In this document: positions 47,627-57,333 of the stretch, in pieces
How the letters are laid out: every line of letters starts with the position of its first letter
How positions within the stretch are numbered: position 1 is the first letter of the stretch
Origin: a virus
Lineage: Duplodnaviria > Caudoviricetes
Strand: one strand, 5' to 3'
IMG/VR virus record: IMGVR_UViG_3300027710_000022
Location: 11,076 to 75,075 of that record
Length of the DNA stretch: 64,000 nt
Translations under genes and position numbers: made by a program
The notes under the pieces: model-generated
What the model saw: the letters and a program-made list of their open reading frames with translations, nothing else
What the model was told of the DNA's origin: nothing
Databases searched by the model: none

Positions 47627-48519
47627 TGAAAAAACTATTATTAATCATATCGTTAGTTTTGATTGGATTTGTATCAAATGCACAAATACAAAAACCCGAT
47701 ACATTACAACTATCGGCAAAAGAATTATTTGGAGAGAGTGATGATTGGAACGATGTGGGTATATTACAATCCTATGTTAATTTTTCAAAAGATGTACTTT
47801 CATCCTCAAACTTATCAGTTGGTATAATTGGAAAACAAATATCAACTACTCTTAATTTGGGTTACAATAAATCATCTATGAATGGGCAGTGGGGACATAC
47901 ATTCGCGGGATCAATAAATCCTATATGGAACTACTATGGTGTGGGTTATGGCCTTAGTAAAAATACTGAAAAAAGAACTACTACATTACAATCATTTTAT
48001 TCAACGGATTTTGATTTCCAAAAAGATATTACATTATCATTTATCGATGTATTCAGAACTAAAAAGTTTGGAACATTCGGTTATAGTGTAATTGCGTCAA
48101 AATCATTTTGGGAGACTTATCAGGGTGAGTGGGAAGGAAAATATACGGTAGATGAAAATGGTGATTTTAAAGATTTAATATACCCAATGATACCGGCATC
48201 AAGTGAAATAAGTTATAGAGGTATGGTGATGTACACATATACATTGAAAACAAAGAGAGTAAACATATCACCACAAATATTTGCAATGAGCGATGTATAT
48301 AAAGTATTTAAAGATGGTACTGAATCGGATTTAGCATATATAGACGATTTCAATTTGGACTTATATTATGGAACATCTATTGATTGGAAAATAACTAAAA
48401 GGTTCATTTTGAATACTAATATTAGATATAACACAACTTTTGACAAATTGAGCGAATCGGTTGGGTATAAAAAGAGTAATCCAATAATGTTTATGATAGG
48501 AACAAACTTTCAATTTTAA
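47626..48519 (+). CDS. Outer-membrane beta-barrel protein
   Basis: Signal peptide, amphipathic beta strands, C-terminal IGTNFQF. Confidence 0.7.
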   Translation: MKKLLLIISLVLIGFVSNAQIQKPDTLQLSAKELFGESDDWNDVGILQSYVNFSKDVLSSSNLSVGIIGKQISTTLNLGYNKSSMNGQWGHTFAGSINPIWNYYGVGYGLSKNTEKRTTTLQSFYSTDFDFQKDITLSFIDVFRTKKFGTFGYSVIASKSFWETYQGEWEGKYTVDENGDFKDLIYPMIPASSEISYRGMVMYTYTLKTKRVNISPQIFAMSDVYKVFKDGTESDLAYIDDFNLDLYYGTSIDWKITKRFILNTNIRYNTTFDKLSESVGYKKSNPIMFMIGTNFQF

Positions 48520-48522
48520 CAT

Positions 48523-48864
48523 ATGAAAAAAATACTATTCATATTTGTGATTTTACTATGGGGTTGTACTAAGATGGATATCCCAACCCCAACTTCCCCT
48601 GTTGAAAAAATATTCAATGTGGGTGAAAGTAGTGTAACAAATGGTCAATCAATTTTTTTTGATTTAACCTCTAATACTGTACATTATTTAATTTTAATCG
48701 ATAAAAATAGTGGACAAGTAATAAGTCGAGAAAAATTTAATGGTCAAATAGGTGAAAATGAAAAAAAGATTTATACCAATTCACTACCCAAGGGATATTT
48801 ATATTTAGTACTTGAGGATGTGGATAAAAAAGAATTAAAAAAGACAACAATAATAGTAAATTAA
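48523..48864 (+). CDS. Lipoprotein
   Basis: MKKILFIFVILLWGC lipobox; C-terminus resembles a T9SS CTD (LPKGYLYLVL...TTIIVN). Confidence 0.65.
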   Translation: MKKILFIFVILLWGCTKMDIPTPTSPVEKIFNVGESSVTNGQSIFFDLTSNTVHYLILIDKNSGQVISREKFNGQIGENEKKIYTNSLPKGYLYLVLEDVDKKELKKTTIIVN

Positions 48865-48867
48865 AAA

Positions 48868-49248
48868 ATGACAAAAATGAAAAAGATTCTCTTATTGGTA
48901 TTGGTATCCACAATTTTAACAGGATGTTATAAGGACGATATCTTACCCGCACCTCAATCAATATCAGAAGACCTTAAAATGGCAAGTTCTGTTGGTATTA
49001 AACTACAATCAGCATTTGTCACTTCAGAAGTGGCTATGAACGTTAAAATTGAAACCGCAGGTTCGGTAACAATTAAAATATTTGACATTTCAAATAGGGT
49101 GGTATCTAAAGAAACAATGAATGTAATTGCCGGTGATAATTTATTGAAGGTTTACACAAACGCATTACCATCATCAGCATACAGAATTGGATTGTTTGAC
49201 TCTAACGGTAAACAATTAGGAATTACAGATTTTAATAAAATACAATAA
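48868..49248 (+). CDS. Lipoprotein with a T9SS C-terminal-domain-like fold
   Basis: ILTGC lipobox; VTIKIFDISNRVV...GDN...LPSSAYRI...FNKI resembles the type A sorting domain. Confidence 0.6.
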   Translation: MTKMKKILLLVLVSTILTGCYKDDILPAPQSISEDLKMASSVGIKLQSAFVTSEVAMNVKIETAGSVTIKIFDISNRVVSKETMNVIAGDNLLKVYTNALPSSAYRIGLFDSNGKQLGITDFNKIQ

Positions 49249-49268
49249 TTATATAAAAACAAAATACA

Positions 49269-49586
49269 ATGTCAGAAGAAGTAGAAAATTCAAACGATGG
49301 GACTTTATCAGGATTGAAAAAAACTATTATTGGTGTAATAACAACAGCAGTAATGGGATTAGGAACTTGGGGAGTAACCCAAATAACGGGTGGTGGTGAT
49401 GAACCTGCACCGGTACAACAGGCAGCACCTGTAATTAACATTACAAACTCAAACCAACAGGCACAACAAGCGTCAGGTGGTGGTAAGACAGTTGTAATTA
49501 AAGAAAAAGAAACAATTAAAGAAAAACCAGCACCGGTTAAGAAAAAAGAAGGTGATGAGTTTAAAGAAGAGGCTCCTAAGTGGTAA
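49269..49586 (+). CDS. Single-pass membrane protein
   Basis: TM segment IIGVITTAVMGLGTWGV. Confidence 0.6.
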   Translation: MSEEVENSNDGTLSGLKKTIIGVITTAVMGLGTWGVTQITGGGDEPAPVQQAAPVINITNSNQQAQQASGGGKTVVIKEKETIKEKPAPVKKKEGDEFKEEAPKW

Positions 49587-49587
49587 T

Positions 49588-49740
49588 ATGGAACAGGGGT
49601 TAAGTTTTATATCAGTGGTTTCTATATCTATGATAGGAATAGCAATCGATTCACCAATATGGTTTTTATCATCATTCGTAATCGGTTGTACATATCTAGT
49701 TATTAGAGGAAAGAAAAAGGGCTGGCGTTGGGAAAGATAA
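49588..49740 (+). CDS. Small two-TM membrane protein
   Basis: MEQGLSFISVVSISMIGIAIDSPIWFLSSFVIGCTYLVIRGKKK. Confidence 0.45.
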   Translation: MEQGLSFISVVSISMIGIAIDSPIWFLSSFVIGCTYLVIRGKKKGWRWER

Positions 49741-49762
49741 AAATTTAGTAAAACAATTAAAA

Positions 49763-50392
49763 ATGTCAGAAAAAAAAGAACAACCGAGTGGTTTTAAAGA
49801 TTTATTGAGTAATATGATGAAACGCAGATGGTATATTACTGCGTTAGTATTGGGTGGATTTATGTTTATTATAGGAGGAATGTTTTTCGCCATACTAAAC
49901 AAATCAGAAATAGCGGGAGAATGGAAAGAACTTCTTTTATTGTTATTAGGTGCTTTCATTGGTTCTTATGGTAAAATCATTGACTATTGGTTTAGTGATA
50001 CCGATAAGGATAAGATGTTAGTTCAGAAAATGGATGAGGAAGATGGTACATCATTAAGTAACACAGCTGATATGCCTGTAACTCCACCGAATAATAGTCC
50101 TTTAATTCCTGAATCATTTCAAACAGCATTAGAGAATTCAAAAGTTGAAAAGATAAACGATACGTTTGAACAAGTACCGACTACACAACCAAGAACTGGT
50201 GTGGAGGTTGATGAAGATGGTGATGGTACAATGGATGGTATTGATTTTGATGGTGATGGTAAAATTGACATGTATTTCGCACACAGACAATGTGAACACG
50301 TTTGGGGAGATTTAGACGGAGATGGTACTGAGGAATGTTTGAAATGTGGTAAGATAAAAGATGAAATTGCAGAAATGCATATGGAAGGATAA
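49763..50392 (+). CDS. Two-TM membrane protein with Ca-binding DxDxDG repeats
   Basis: Two TM helices ending IIDYWF; DEDGDG, DFDGDG, DLDGDG loops. Confidence 0.7.
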   Translation: MSEKKEQPSGFKDLLSNMMKRRWYITALVLGGFMFIIGGMFFAILNKSEIAGEWKELLLLLLGAFIGSYGKIIDYWFSDTDKDKMLVQKMDEEDGTSLSNTADMPVTPPNNSPLIPESFQTALENSKVEKINDTFEQVPTTQPRTGVEVDEDGDGTMDGIDFDGDGKIDMYFAHRQCEHVWGDLDGDGTEECLKCGKIKDEIAEMHMEG

Positions 50393-50417
50393 TAAATAAA
50401 ATTAAAAATTGACAAAA

Positions 50418-50666
50418 ATGAAATTTAAAGAATGGGTTATCGAACTTTTCAAAGATGAAAGGGGATCAATATCGGTTAAGCCGGTAATAGCAATGGTAGG
50501 TGCAATGTTCCTATGTATTACGATGGTATTAAATTCGTTCTCTCACGCGGATTTCGCACCGTCACCTGAATTAGTTAATGCTGTGATGTTAATCACAGGA
50601 ATTGGTATGGGTGCTGATACGGTGGACAAGTTCACACACAAAAAGAAAGACGAAATGGAAGGTTAA
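50418..50666 (+). CDS. Small two-TM membrane protein (holin-like candidate)
   Basis: FKDERGSISVKPVIA, two TM helices, charged C-terminal tail. Confidence 0.6.
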   Translation: MKFKEWVIELFKDERGSISVKPVIAMVGAMFLCITMVLNSFSHADFAPSPELVNAVMLITGIGMGADTVDKFTHKKKDEMEG

Positions 50667-50725
50667 TATTAAGGGGGGATAAAACCCCCCTTTTTTAATA
50701 AAAATTTATTTAAAATTAATTAAAA

Positions 50726-50896
50726 ATGGAAGAAAATAATGAAATCGTTACAATTATTGAAGAAATAATTACGGAACCCGAAATTGTCGAGGTTGTTGAA
50801 GAAGTAATTTCAGAACCTGAAATTGTTGAGGTTGTTGAAGAAGTAAAAAATAAAACATTTAAAAGAAAATCACACCCAAAAAATTGGAAGGGTTAA
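50726..50896 (+). CDS. Small acidic repeat protein (56 aa), not in the ORF track
   Basis: EPEIVEVVEEV twice, followed by a basic tail. Confidence 0.55.
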   Translation: MEENNEIVTIIEEIITEPEIVEVVEEVISEPEIVEVVEEVKNKTFKRKSHPKNWKG

Positions 50897-50906
50897 AATA
50901 GAATGT

Positions 50907-51629
50907 ATGAAAAAATTATTAATATTATTAAGTGTTCTTTTACTAAGCGTTGTTGCCGTTAGTGCACAAACAATTGGTAAAACTAAAACAGAAGAGTATA
51001 AGGCAGACTTTGAAAAGAAAAGAGATATAAGTGCTTACATGGATTACGATGGACCCCAAATTCCAATTCAAATATTAAAGGCCGGAATTTCTGATGAAAT
51101 GTATGAGATGTATCCTGAATTAAAAGAAAAACGTGTTGGTTTAGGTGTTGCCAATATTTCAATGGAATACCTTGAAAACTTAAACAGATTCAAATTTACC
51201 GAAGATAAAACGGAAATTAAGAATCGTATGGTAAAACAATTCCAAGCATCTGCAGCAGGCATATCTGAAAACAAATTAGATGGTCGTGGTAAAATCAATT
51301 TGGCGGAGTATTTTGTCACTATTGAGTGTTATGACTACTCGGTATCAGAAGATGAAACCATTAACCTAAAAGACGGTATTAAAGACAATATGGTAACTCG
51401 TATAGGTCTTCAGGTTAGATTTACAAATGCTGAAACTGGAGTAGTATTCGGTGGATCAGGTTTAGGTGAAGCCACAACAAAAAGAGAACTAACCTTATTG
51501 TCAGATGCAACGATAGACCCAATTAAGTTTAATCAATCAACAATATCAATTGCAACAAAAAAGGCTTTAGATGTTGCTTGTGCTAACATTTTAGATAGAA
51601 TGATTAAAAAGGGTATTTTCACAAAATAA
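50907..51629 (+). CDS. CsgG/FlgT-like secreted protein
   Basis: Signal peptide; LGVANISMEYLENLNRFKFTE...AEYFVTIECYD...IGLQVRFTNAETG fits the CsgG-family alpha/beta pattern. Confidence 0.6.
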   Translation: MKKLLILLSVLLLSVVAVSAQTIGKTKTEEYKADFEKKRDISAYMDYDGPQIPIQILKAGISDEMYEMYPELKEKRVGLGVANISMEYLENLNRFKFTEDKTEIKNRMVKQFQASAAGISENKLDGRGKINLAEYFVTIECYDYSVSEDETINLKDGIKDNMVTRIGLQVRFTNAETGVVFGGSGLGEATTKRELTLLSDATIDPIKFNQSTISIATKKALDVACANILDRMIKKGIFTK

Positions 51630-51703
51630 AATCTTAACATAAAGAATTATTAAAAAGGGGGTATAATAACCCCCTTTTTTTATATTTATATAAAAACAAA
51701 TCT

Positions 51704-52522
51704 ATGAAAACTCTCTTATTTGTATTATTATTAATACCGTCCCTGATATTTGGACAAGTGTCAAATTGGAGAACCAATCCTCCACAACAATCAACTCCAC
51801 AAACAAGAGTGGAAGTGCCTAGAGTACAACAAAACACTACACAAACAAACGATATAAGTAGATGGAGAAATAATTCACCTAGACAATCACAACCAGACCC
51901 TCGTGGAAGAGTTAGAATTCAAAATTGGGGCAGACCTAATCAATTTGGTTATTATTGGGGTAATTGGGGATGGTACCAACCATTCCCATACATATGGTAT
52001 GATGATTTTGGGTGGAGACAAAGAAGTGTGATTCGTGTATATGAAAATGGTAAAAGAGACACTATTAGAAAAGAAAAGGTATATACATCGTTTGGTATTG
52101 GTCACACAAACAATAAACAAGCATCATTTTGGGGAACTATCGGAGGTAAGAAAGGATATTTCATTATGGATTATGTGATGAGTTATGATATAGATAGAAA
52201 TCAGTATTTTCCAAATGGTAATTTAGTTATTGCAGATTTTCCTGTTAGTAAAGAGATATTCACAAAAGAACATACACTTTATTTAGGAGGTGGAAAGAGA
52301 TTCAATAAATTCGGAGTACATACAATGATAGGATTTGGTAACGAAATTCAAAGATATCAGGGTAAAGATGACTTAGGTGGTATATCATTTCCAAAATCAA
52401 ATATAAACTTTACCACATTCAAAGTCGGACTAATAAGAGATTTCAAATGGTTCACATTAAAATTAGATACTGACCCAATTAGAAAGTATTCTCAAATATC
52501 AATCGGACTGAACAATAAATAA
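51704..52522 (+). CDS. Secreted protein with a Pro/Gln/Trp-rich N-region and beta-barrel C-region
   Basis: Signal peptide; YYWGNWGWYQPFPYIWY; alternating beta strands. Confidence 0.6.
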   Translation: MKTLLFVLLLIPSLIFGQVSNWRTNPPQQSTPQTRVEVPRVQQNTTQTNDISRWRNNSPRQSQPDPRGRVRIQNWGRPNQFGYYWGNWGWYQPFPYIWYDDFGWRQRSVIRVYENGKRDTIRKEKVYTSFGIGHTNNKQASFWGTIGGKKGYFIMDYVMSYDIDRNQYFPNGNLVIADFPVSKEIFTKEHTLYLGGGKRFNKFGVHTMIGFGNEIQRYQGKDDLGGISFPKSNINFTTFKVGLIRDFKWFTLKLDTDPIRKYSQISIGLNNK

Positions 52523-54075
52523 TGAAAAAATATATTATCTCTCTCCTAATATTATTTTTTTGTGGTAAGTCTTTTGGTCAAAGTACAATAACACAGACTT
52601 ACATTGACCCATGTGATAATAAAGTTTACGTGGTTACAATTCCATTTGGTCAAAATCAAACAATTGCAATTATTAGAGGTAAATCAAGAATTGTCACATT
52701 AGCGGATATTAATAGTGGAGCGTTCCAATTATGGGTAAATTCTATATTTGCAACACCGTGTTCGACACAAGATGATGCAATTTTCTTAGCTCAACAAGCA
52801 GCGGCAAGAGCGGCGGCAGATGCTGCAGCTAAAGCGGCCGCGGATGCGGCGGCGGCTGCCGCGGCCAAAGCGGCTTCAGATGCTGCAGCTAAAGCTGCGT
52901 CAGATGCCGCAGCCGCTAGTGCCGCCTCAGCCGCAAGTAGTTCCGCCTCATCAGCAGCAAGTGGAGCCGCTTCGTCTGCTGCAAGTTCAGCAGCATCATC
53001 AGCAGCAAGTTCGTCAGCAAGTGGTGCTGCAAGTGGTGCCGCGTCATCAGCGGCAAGTACTGCATCAACACCACCACCAACTTCATCACCTCCACCATCA
53101 AGTGGTAGTTCATCACCACCAGCAAGTGGTGGATCATCATCTTCATCAAGTAGTTCTTCTTCGTCAAGTAGTTCTTCTTCATCATCATCGGAAAGTAAGA
53201 CTGAAACTAAAACCGAATCAAAGACAGAAAGTAAAACTGAATCAAAAACAGAAGAAAAGAAAACTGAAACTAAATCAGAAGAAAAGAAAGAAGAAACTAA
53301 ATCTGAAGAAAAAAAATCAGAAGAGAAGAAAGAAGAAAGTAAAAAAGAAGAAGAAAAGAAAGAGGAGAAAAAAGAAGAAAAAAAGAAAGAAGAGGATAAA
53401 AAGAAAAAGACTGAAGTCACAAATCCATTATTAATGTCTTCCGACTTAACAACGGCTCAAACACCAGATAATAGATATTTGGTATCCATATCAATAGGTG
53501 TGAGTAAATCATCAATGGCGGGAGATGAAAGTTATAGTGGTGGAATGGTAATTACTAGTGATTTAAGTCAAGTAGTTGCCACAGGTGGGTACACAAAAAT
53601 GGCAATGAAAAAAGACGGGACTTTAGATGCAATACATTCATATGGTACTGCGGTTGCCTATTTGGGAGGAAACTATATGAATCTATTAGGTTATACTTGG
53701 ATTAAACCAACACCAAAAAAAGGAACATTTGGTTATAATGTCGGAGTTATTAATTTATTTTTAAAAAACGCAAACAATGGATTTGATTATAATGTGGCAT
53801 CATCAGCAATTGCATTTTGGACCAAACCATATCAATATAGTAAAAAATTAACCGTGTCTCCACAAGTATTCACAATGTTTTCACCAATATCGTGGAATAG
53901 TGTAAATGGTGAAACAACCGTGAATAGACACATGGGATTTTTATTAGGTTCTTCGTTTGATTATAAACTAAGTAAAAGATTTGGTTTTAGTTTTAATTAT
54001 AGATTAAATGGTAGTACCAAACCAGGTTCTCCATTCTTAAGTAATTTCCTTATAGGATCAAGAATGATGTTATAA
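52522..54075 (+). CDS. Secreted protein with Ala/Ser/Pro- and Lys/Glu-rich low-complexity linker and a C-terminal beta-barrel
   Basis: Signal peptide; AAxAAADAA, poly-Ser and EEKK repeats; beta-rich C-terminus. Confidence 0.7.
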   Translation: MKKYIISLLILFFCGKSFGQSTITQTYIDPCDNKVYVVTIPFGQNQTIAIIRGKSRIVTLADINSGAFQLWVNSIFATPCSTQDDAIFLAQQAAARAAADAAAKAAADAAAAAAAKAASDAAAKAASDAAAASAASAASSSASSAASGAASSAASSAASSAASSSASGAASGAASSAASTASTPPPTSSPPPSSGSSSPPASGGSSSSSSSSSSSSSSSSSSSESKTETKTESKTESKTESKTEEKKTETKSEEKKEETKSEEKKSEEKKEESKKEEEKKEEKKEEKKKEEDKKKKTEVTNPLLMSSDLTTAQTPDNRYLVSISIGVSKSSMAGDESYSGGMVITSDLSQVVATGGYTKMAMKKDGTLDAIHSYGTAVAYLGGNYMNLLGYTWIKPTPKKGTFGYNVGVINLFLKNANNGFDYNVASSAIAFWTKPYQYSKKLTVSPQVFTMFSPISWNSVNGETTVNRHMGFLLGSSFDYKLSKRFGFSFNYRLNGSTKPGSPFLSNFLIGSRMML

Positions 54076-54375
54076 TATATCCTTATCTAATATAAGAGGT
54101 TTAATGTGTTGACGTTGTTTACGAACACCATAATGATTGGTTGTTTTAGAAAGCGTAATTCCAAAAGAGGAACATAATAAGATAAGACCTATAAGTAAAT
54201 TTAACATATTGTATTTTTTTATATAACTATTGGAAAAATACAAGAAAAATATTATAATACCAAGAAAAATAGGATAATAACAAGAGATTCTTTATATAGT
54301 ACAATAAAAAATCCCCGATGGATAAATCCAACGGGGATATGACAAAAATGAAAATGTACCTCTCTCCTGATACAA

Positions 54376-54726
54376 TTAAATTATAGATAATTCTTTTTTA
54401 TTTGTCAACACTTCATATAATTTTTTTATTTCCGCACATTTTTCGTAGTCCTCAATACTCTCAAAATATGGTAACACATCTCTGGTTAAAACAATTGTAT
54501 CGGTCCTATTAAATTTAAATTCAGTATCCCATTCTAAACCTTGTATAATAGCTTGAATATAAAGGGTTAATATTCTTTTTTTATTATCTTTAAAACCATA
54601 GAACACCTCCAAAATATTTTCATAAATTGATTTTTTATTGATGTCATAAAAATCAGAGAAATCTTCATATTTCCCTTTTATGTACATTTTTTTATATGGT
54701 GTTCTTGTTTTTTGTGTGTAAGCCAT
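54376..54726 (-). CDS. Hypothetical protein with a UVR-like motif
   Basis: FESIEDYEKCAEIKKL. Confidence 0.6.
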   Translation of the reverse strand: MAYTQKTRTPYKKMYIKGKYEDFSDFYDINKKSIYENILEVFYGFKDNKKRILTLYIQAIIQGLEWDTEFKFNRTDTIVLTRDVLPYFESIEDYEKCAEIKKLYEVLTNKKELSII

Positions 54727-54777
54727 TATCTAATATTTGATTACTATAATATAAATAATTTATTTTAAAAATAAAAA

Positions 54778-55263
54778 TTATTTTTCATTACTTCTATCCC
54801 ATTTTGCTTTTCTAGCTTCAGGTGAGAGTATCAATGGCTCATCAATTGTGTGTTCTATTTTAACTCTAATACAAGTTTGAGGTAAACTACAATTCATTAA
54901 ATAATTATTAATGTAACCCATCATATTAGCACTTCCAATTGGGTTGGCGGAATGTACATAAATTTGGGGGAGTGGTATTTTTTTACTCATACTTTCACTA
55001 ACCAAAAATTTACAACAATCGTATCCTGTTTTTTCACCAACTATGTTGTCATAATTTAACACATAATTATTTTTTACATTTGTATAGTATTCAATCATAG
55101 ATTCCTCACCTAAATCATGATCTAATGAAATAACTTCAAAATTTTCTAATCCATATAATCTAATGTTAGAAACAAAATGTTCATAATTTCTTACAATAAT
55201 CCAATCCTTACCAATTGGTGTTCGTACATCATCTAGGTAAATTCTTTTCTTTTCGTTATTCAT
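54778..55263 (-). CDS. Cyclic-phosphate-processing receiver-domain protein
   Basis: IYLDDVR, ISLDHDLG, KTGYD, VHSANPIG; adjacent to the RNA ligase. Confidence 0.75.
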   Translation of the reverse strand: MNNEKKRIYLDDVRTPIGKDWIIVRNYEHFVSNIRLYGLENFEVISLDHDLGEESMIEYYTNVKNNYVLNYDNIVGEKTGYDCCKFLVSESMSKKIPLPQIYVHSANPIGSANMMGYINNYLMNCSLPQTCIRVKIEHTIDEPLILSPEARKAKWDRSNEK

Positions 55264-56425
55264 CTTTCTTAAATGGTTTTGAGTAATCTGGATATAATAT
55301 TTTCCAAATAGTTTGTTTAGGGTTTGTTCCATCTAACATGTTAAATAAAATGTTAGAGTGTCTATATTGTTTCGCTCTTAAAGCAAAATCTTTTCTACTT
55401 AAATTTCGATTATTTAAATTTTCAAATATTTCTCTATAATCTTTTTCTATATTTTCAAATCTTACTGTTAAATCACGTACAGTTTCTTTAACCCAATTGT
55501 AAAATTCGTCAGGTACCTTATCAAGTATTTCATCTAAAGGTCTATTATCTTTTAAGTATTCCCATATATCTCTATTTGATATATTGGTTAAAATTTTATG
55601 TAATCGTTTATATTCTTCTCCTTTGATTTTCATACGAAAACCATTTTTAAAACGAATTACATAACCTTCTCTGTCCTTACTAATTTCTTCTTTAAGTAAA
55701 TCATACCCTTCACCCCAAGTTTTGTATGTTGTCACAATTTCAAATCCACAATCTTGTAACCAAAATATTGAACTGTCGGGAACTTCGTCACCTGTTTCAG
55801 TATGTATAGCACCAAGAACTACTAATTTTTCTTCATTACCGTAATCAACAACGATTCTATTTTCAGGATAGATAATTTCAAACAAATATGTGTTATCTTT
55901 TCTTATTGCACTGATATCATGTCTGTCAAGAATTTCCTTTCCCTTAATTGCCTGTGGTGATGTAAAAGAACCTCTAGTTGCTAATATCCATTCACCCTTT
56001 GTCTTAGGTGTTGGTTCATAATATGGATTATCATAATCGGGTATGTTGTTTGGGTCAAAGAACCTTTCCATACCCGTTTCATAATTGTTATTAAACCATA
56101 TGTTATATCTCCTTTCATCACTTAATTCTTCTTTATAATAAAAAAGAATACCCAAAGAACCATCCATTTTTTCATAGACAACAAAATCTTCGTTAGGTAT
56201 ATCTTCTGGTTTATGTTCTTCGTAGTTAAAAAATTTCTTAAACGGTCTTGCAACAACATCACCTTTTGAATTGGTGACTAAACCGCGGCATTGTATAGTG
56301 ATGTCATCCCACAATCTTTCATATTGAACTTTTGGAGAATAATTCCAAATAGTTAAGTCAAGGGTTGGGTGGGTCTGTTTATGTAACAAACCGTCTTTAT
56401 GATATTTCTCTAAAATTTCCAACAT
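55256..56425 (-). CDS. T4 Rnl1-type RNA ligase
   Basis: CRGLV...RPFKKFFN, motif I EKMDGS, LFEII, EGYVI, MKIK. Confidence 0.88.
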   Translation of the reverse strand: MLEILEKYHKDGLLHKQTHPTLDLTIWNYSPKVQYERLWDDITIQCRGLVTNSKGDVVARPFKKFFNYEEHKPEDIPNEDFVVYEKMDGSLGILFYYKEELSDERRYNIWFNNNYETGMERFFDPNNIPDYDNPYYEPTPKTKGEWILATRGSFTSPQAIKGKEILDRHDISAIRKDNTYLFEIIYPENRIVVDYGNEEKLVVLGAIHTETGDEVPDSSIFWLQDCGFEIVTTYKTWGEGYDLLKEEISKDREGYVIRFKNGFRMKIKGEEYKRLHKILTNISNRDIWEYLKDNRPLDEILDKVPDEFYNWVKETVRDLTVRFENIEKDYREIFENLNNRNLSRKDFALRAKQYRHSNILFNMLDGTNPKQTIWKILYPDYSKPFKKDE

Positions 56426-56670
56426 TACTTGATGCGTTTAAATAATCCAATATTGTATGTCCACTTCAACCAATTAAAAGATAGATATACTGCACATATT
56501 TTGTTTTGAAGTAATGATTTATGTGATTCTGGTTCACATGTTTCAAAATAAAGATATGCAAATGGTAACGGGTATACCGCCCATTGGTTTTTAAATAAAC
56601 TTGAATGGAATTTCATTTTTGTTTTTTTTGGTGACATGATTTTAAAATAAGATTCAATAAATTGACTCAT
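56425..56670 (-). CDS. Hypothetical protein
   Basis: 81-aa ORF overlapping or abutting both neighbours. Confidence 0.55.
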   Translation of the reverse strand: MSQFIESYFKIMSPKKTKMKFHSSLFKNQWAVYPLPFAYLYFETCEPESHKSLLQNKICAVYLSFNWLKWTYNIGLFKRIK

Positions 56671-57099
56671 CTACAATTTGATTTCAAACCTATTCTTCAT
56701 TTGTTGAAGTTTATCTCTTGGAACTCCGTGAATATTTTCGTTACCGTGTCTATTTTCAACAATTATGGTGTGAACACGATAATCATATCTTTCTGCCATT
56801 TTAAAATATTCATCCATCTCCCATTCTTGGGTAAAAGTATTCGCAACGACTATTCTTGATTTTTGTTGTCTCATTCTTTCAGAGCACCTAAATTGACAAT
56901 AGTTATGAGCTTCTTTTAATTTGGTGGGGTCAAAATTATATCCACCATTTCCGTCGTCAAAAAAATCATCCGCCGATAATATCTCTTGTGGGTTATTATT
57001 TGGTTGTTGTAATATAACATTTGCTAATGTTGTTTTACCTGAACCAGGTATACCTCTAAGAAGTATTAAATCACCTTGTTTTTCTGTATTTGTATCCAT
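56671..57099 (-). CDS. AAA_33 P-loop polynucleotide-kinase-like protein
   Basis: LLRGIPGSGKTT, SADDFF, AHNYCQ, VANTF, NIHGVP. Confidence 0.85.
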   Translation of the reverse strand: MDTNTEKQGDLILLRGIPGSGKTTLANVILQQPNNNPQEILSADDFFDDGNGGYNFDPTKLKEAHNYCQFRCSERMRQQKSRIVVANTFTQEWEMDEYFKMAERYDYRVHTIIVENRHGNENIHGVPRDKLQQMKNRFEIKL

Positions 57100-57153
57100 G
57101 GAGAGTGGGTTTTAAATTAAAAATAAGGTCGGATTGGTTACCGACCTAAATTT

Positions 57154-57333
57154 TTATTTTACAGCTGAGCTGTCTGCAGGAATTTGTGCAGTTGTTGAAT
57201 CTGTTGCAGTTACAGCCACAGAATCTACAATAACTGCCGTTGAGTCAGTTGTTTCAGTTGCGGTTGACCCTGAACCACATGCAGTTAGTGTAAGTGCTAC
57301 ACCAAGTGCTAAGATAAATGTATATTTTTTCAT
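57154..57333 (-). CDS. Small Bacteroidota-type lipoprotein (59 aa), not in the ORF track
   Basis: MKKYTFILALGVALTLTAC lipobox; Thr/Ser/Ala-rich with DST, DSV and DSS motifs. Confidence 0.75.
   Translation of the reverse strand: MKKYTFILALGVALTLTACGSGSTATETTDSTAVIVDSVAVTATDSTTAQIPADSSAVK

Noticed and set aside
52791-53434. Long alternative-frame ORFs over the Ala/Ser/Lys-Glu region
   Set aside because: Shadows produced by low-complexity codons of ORF 52522..54075.
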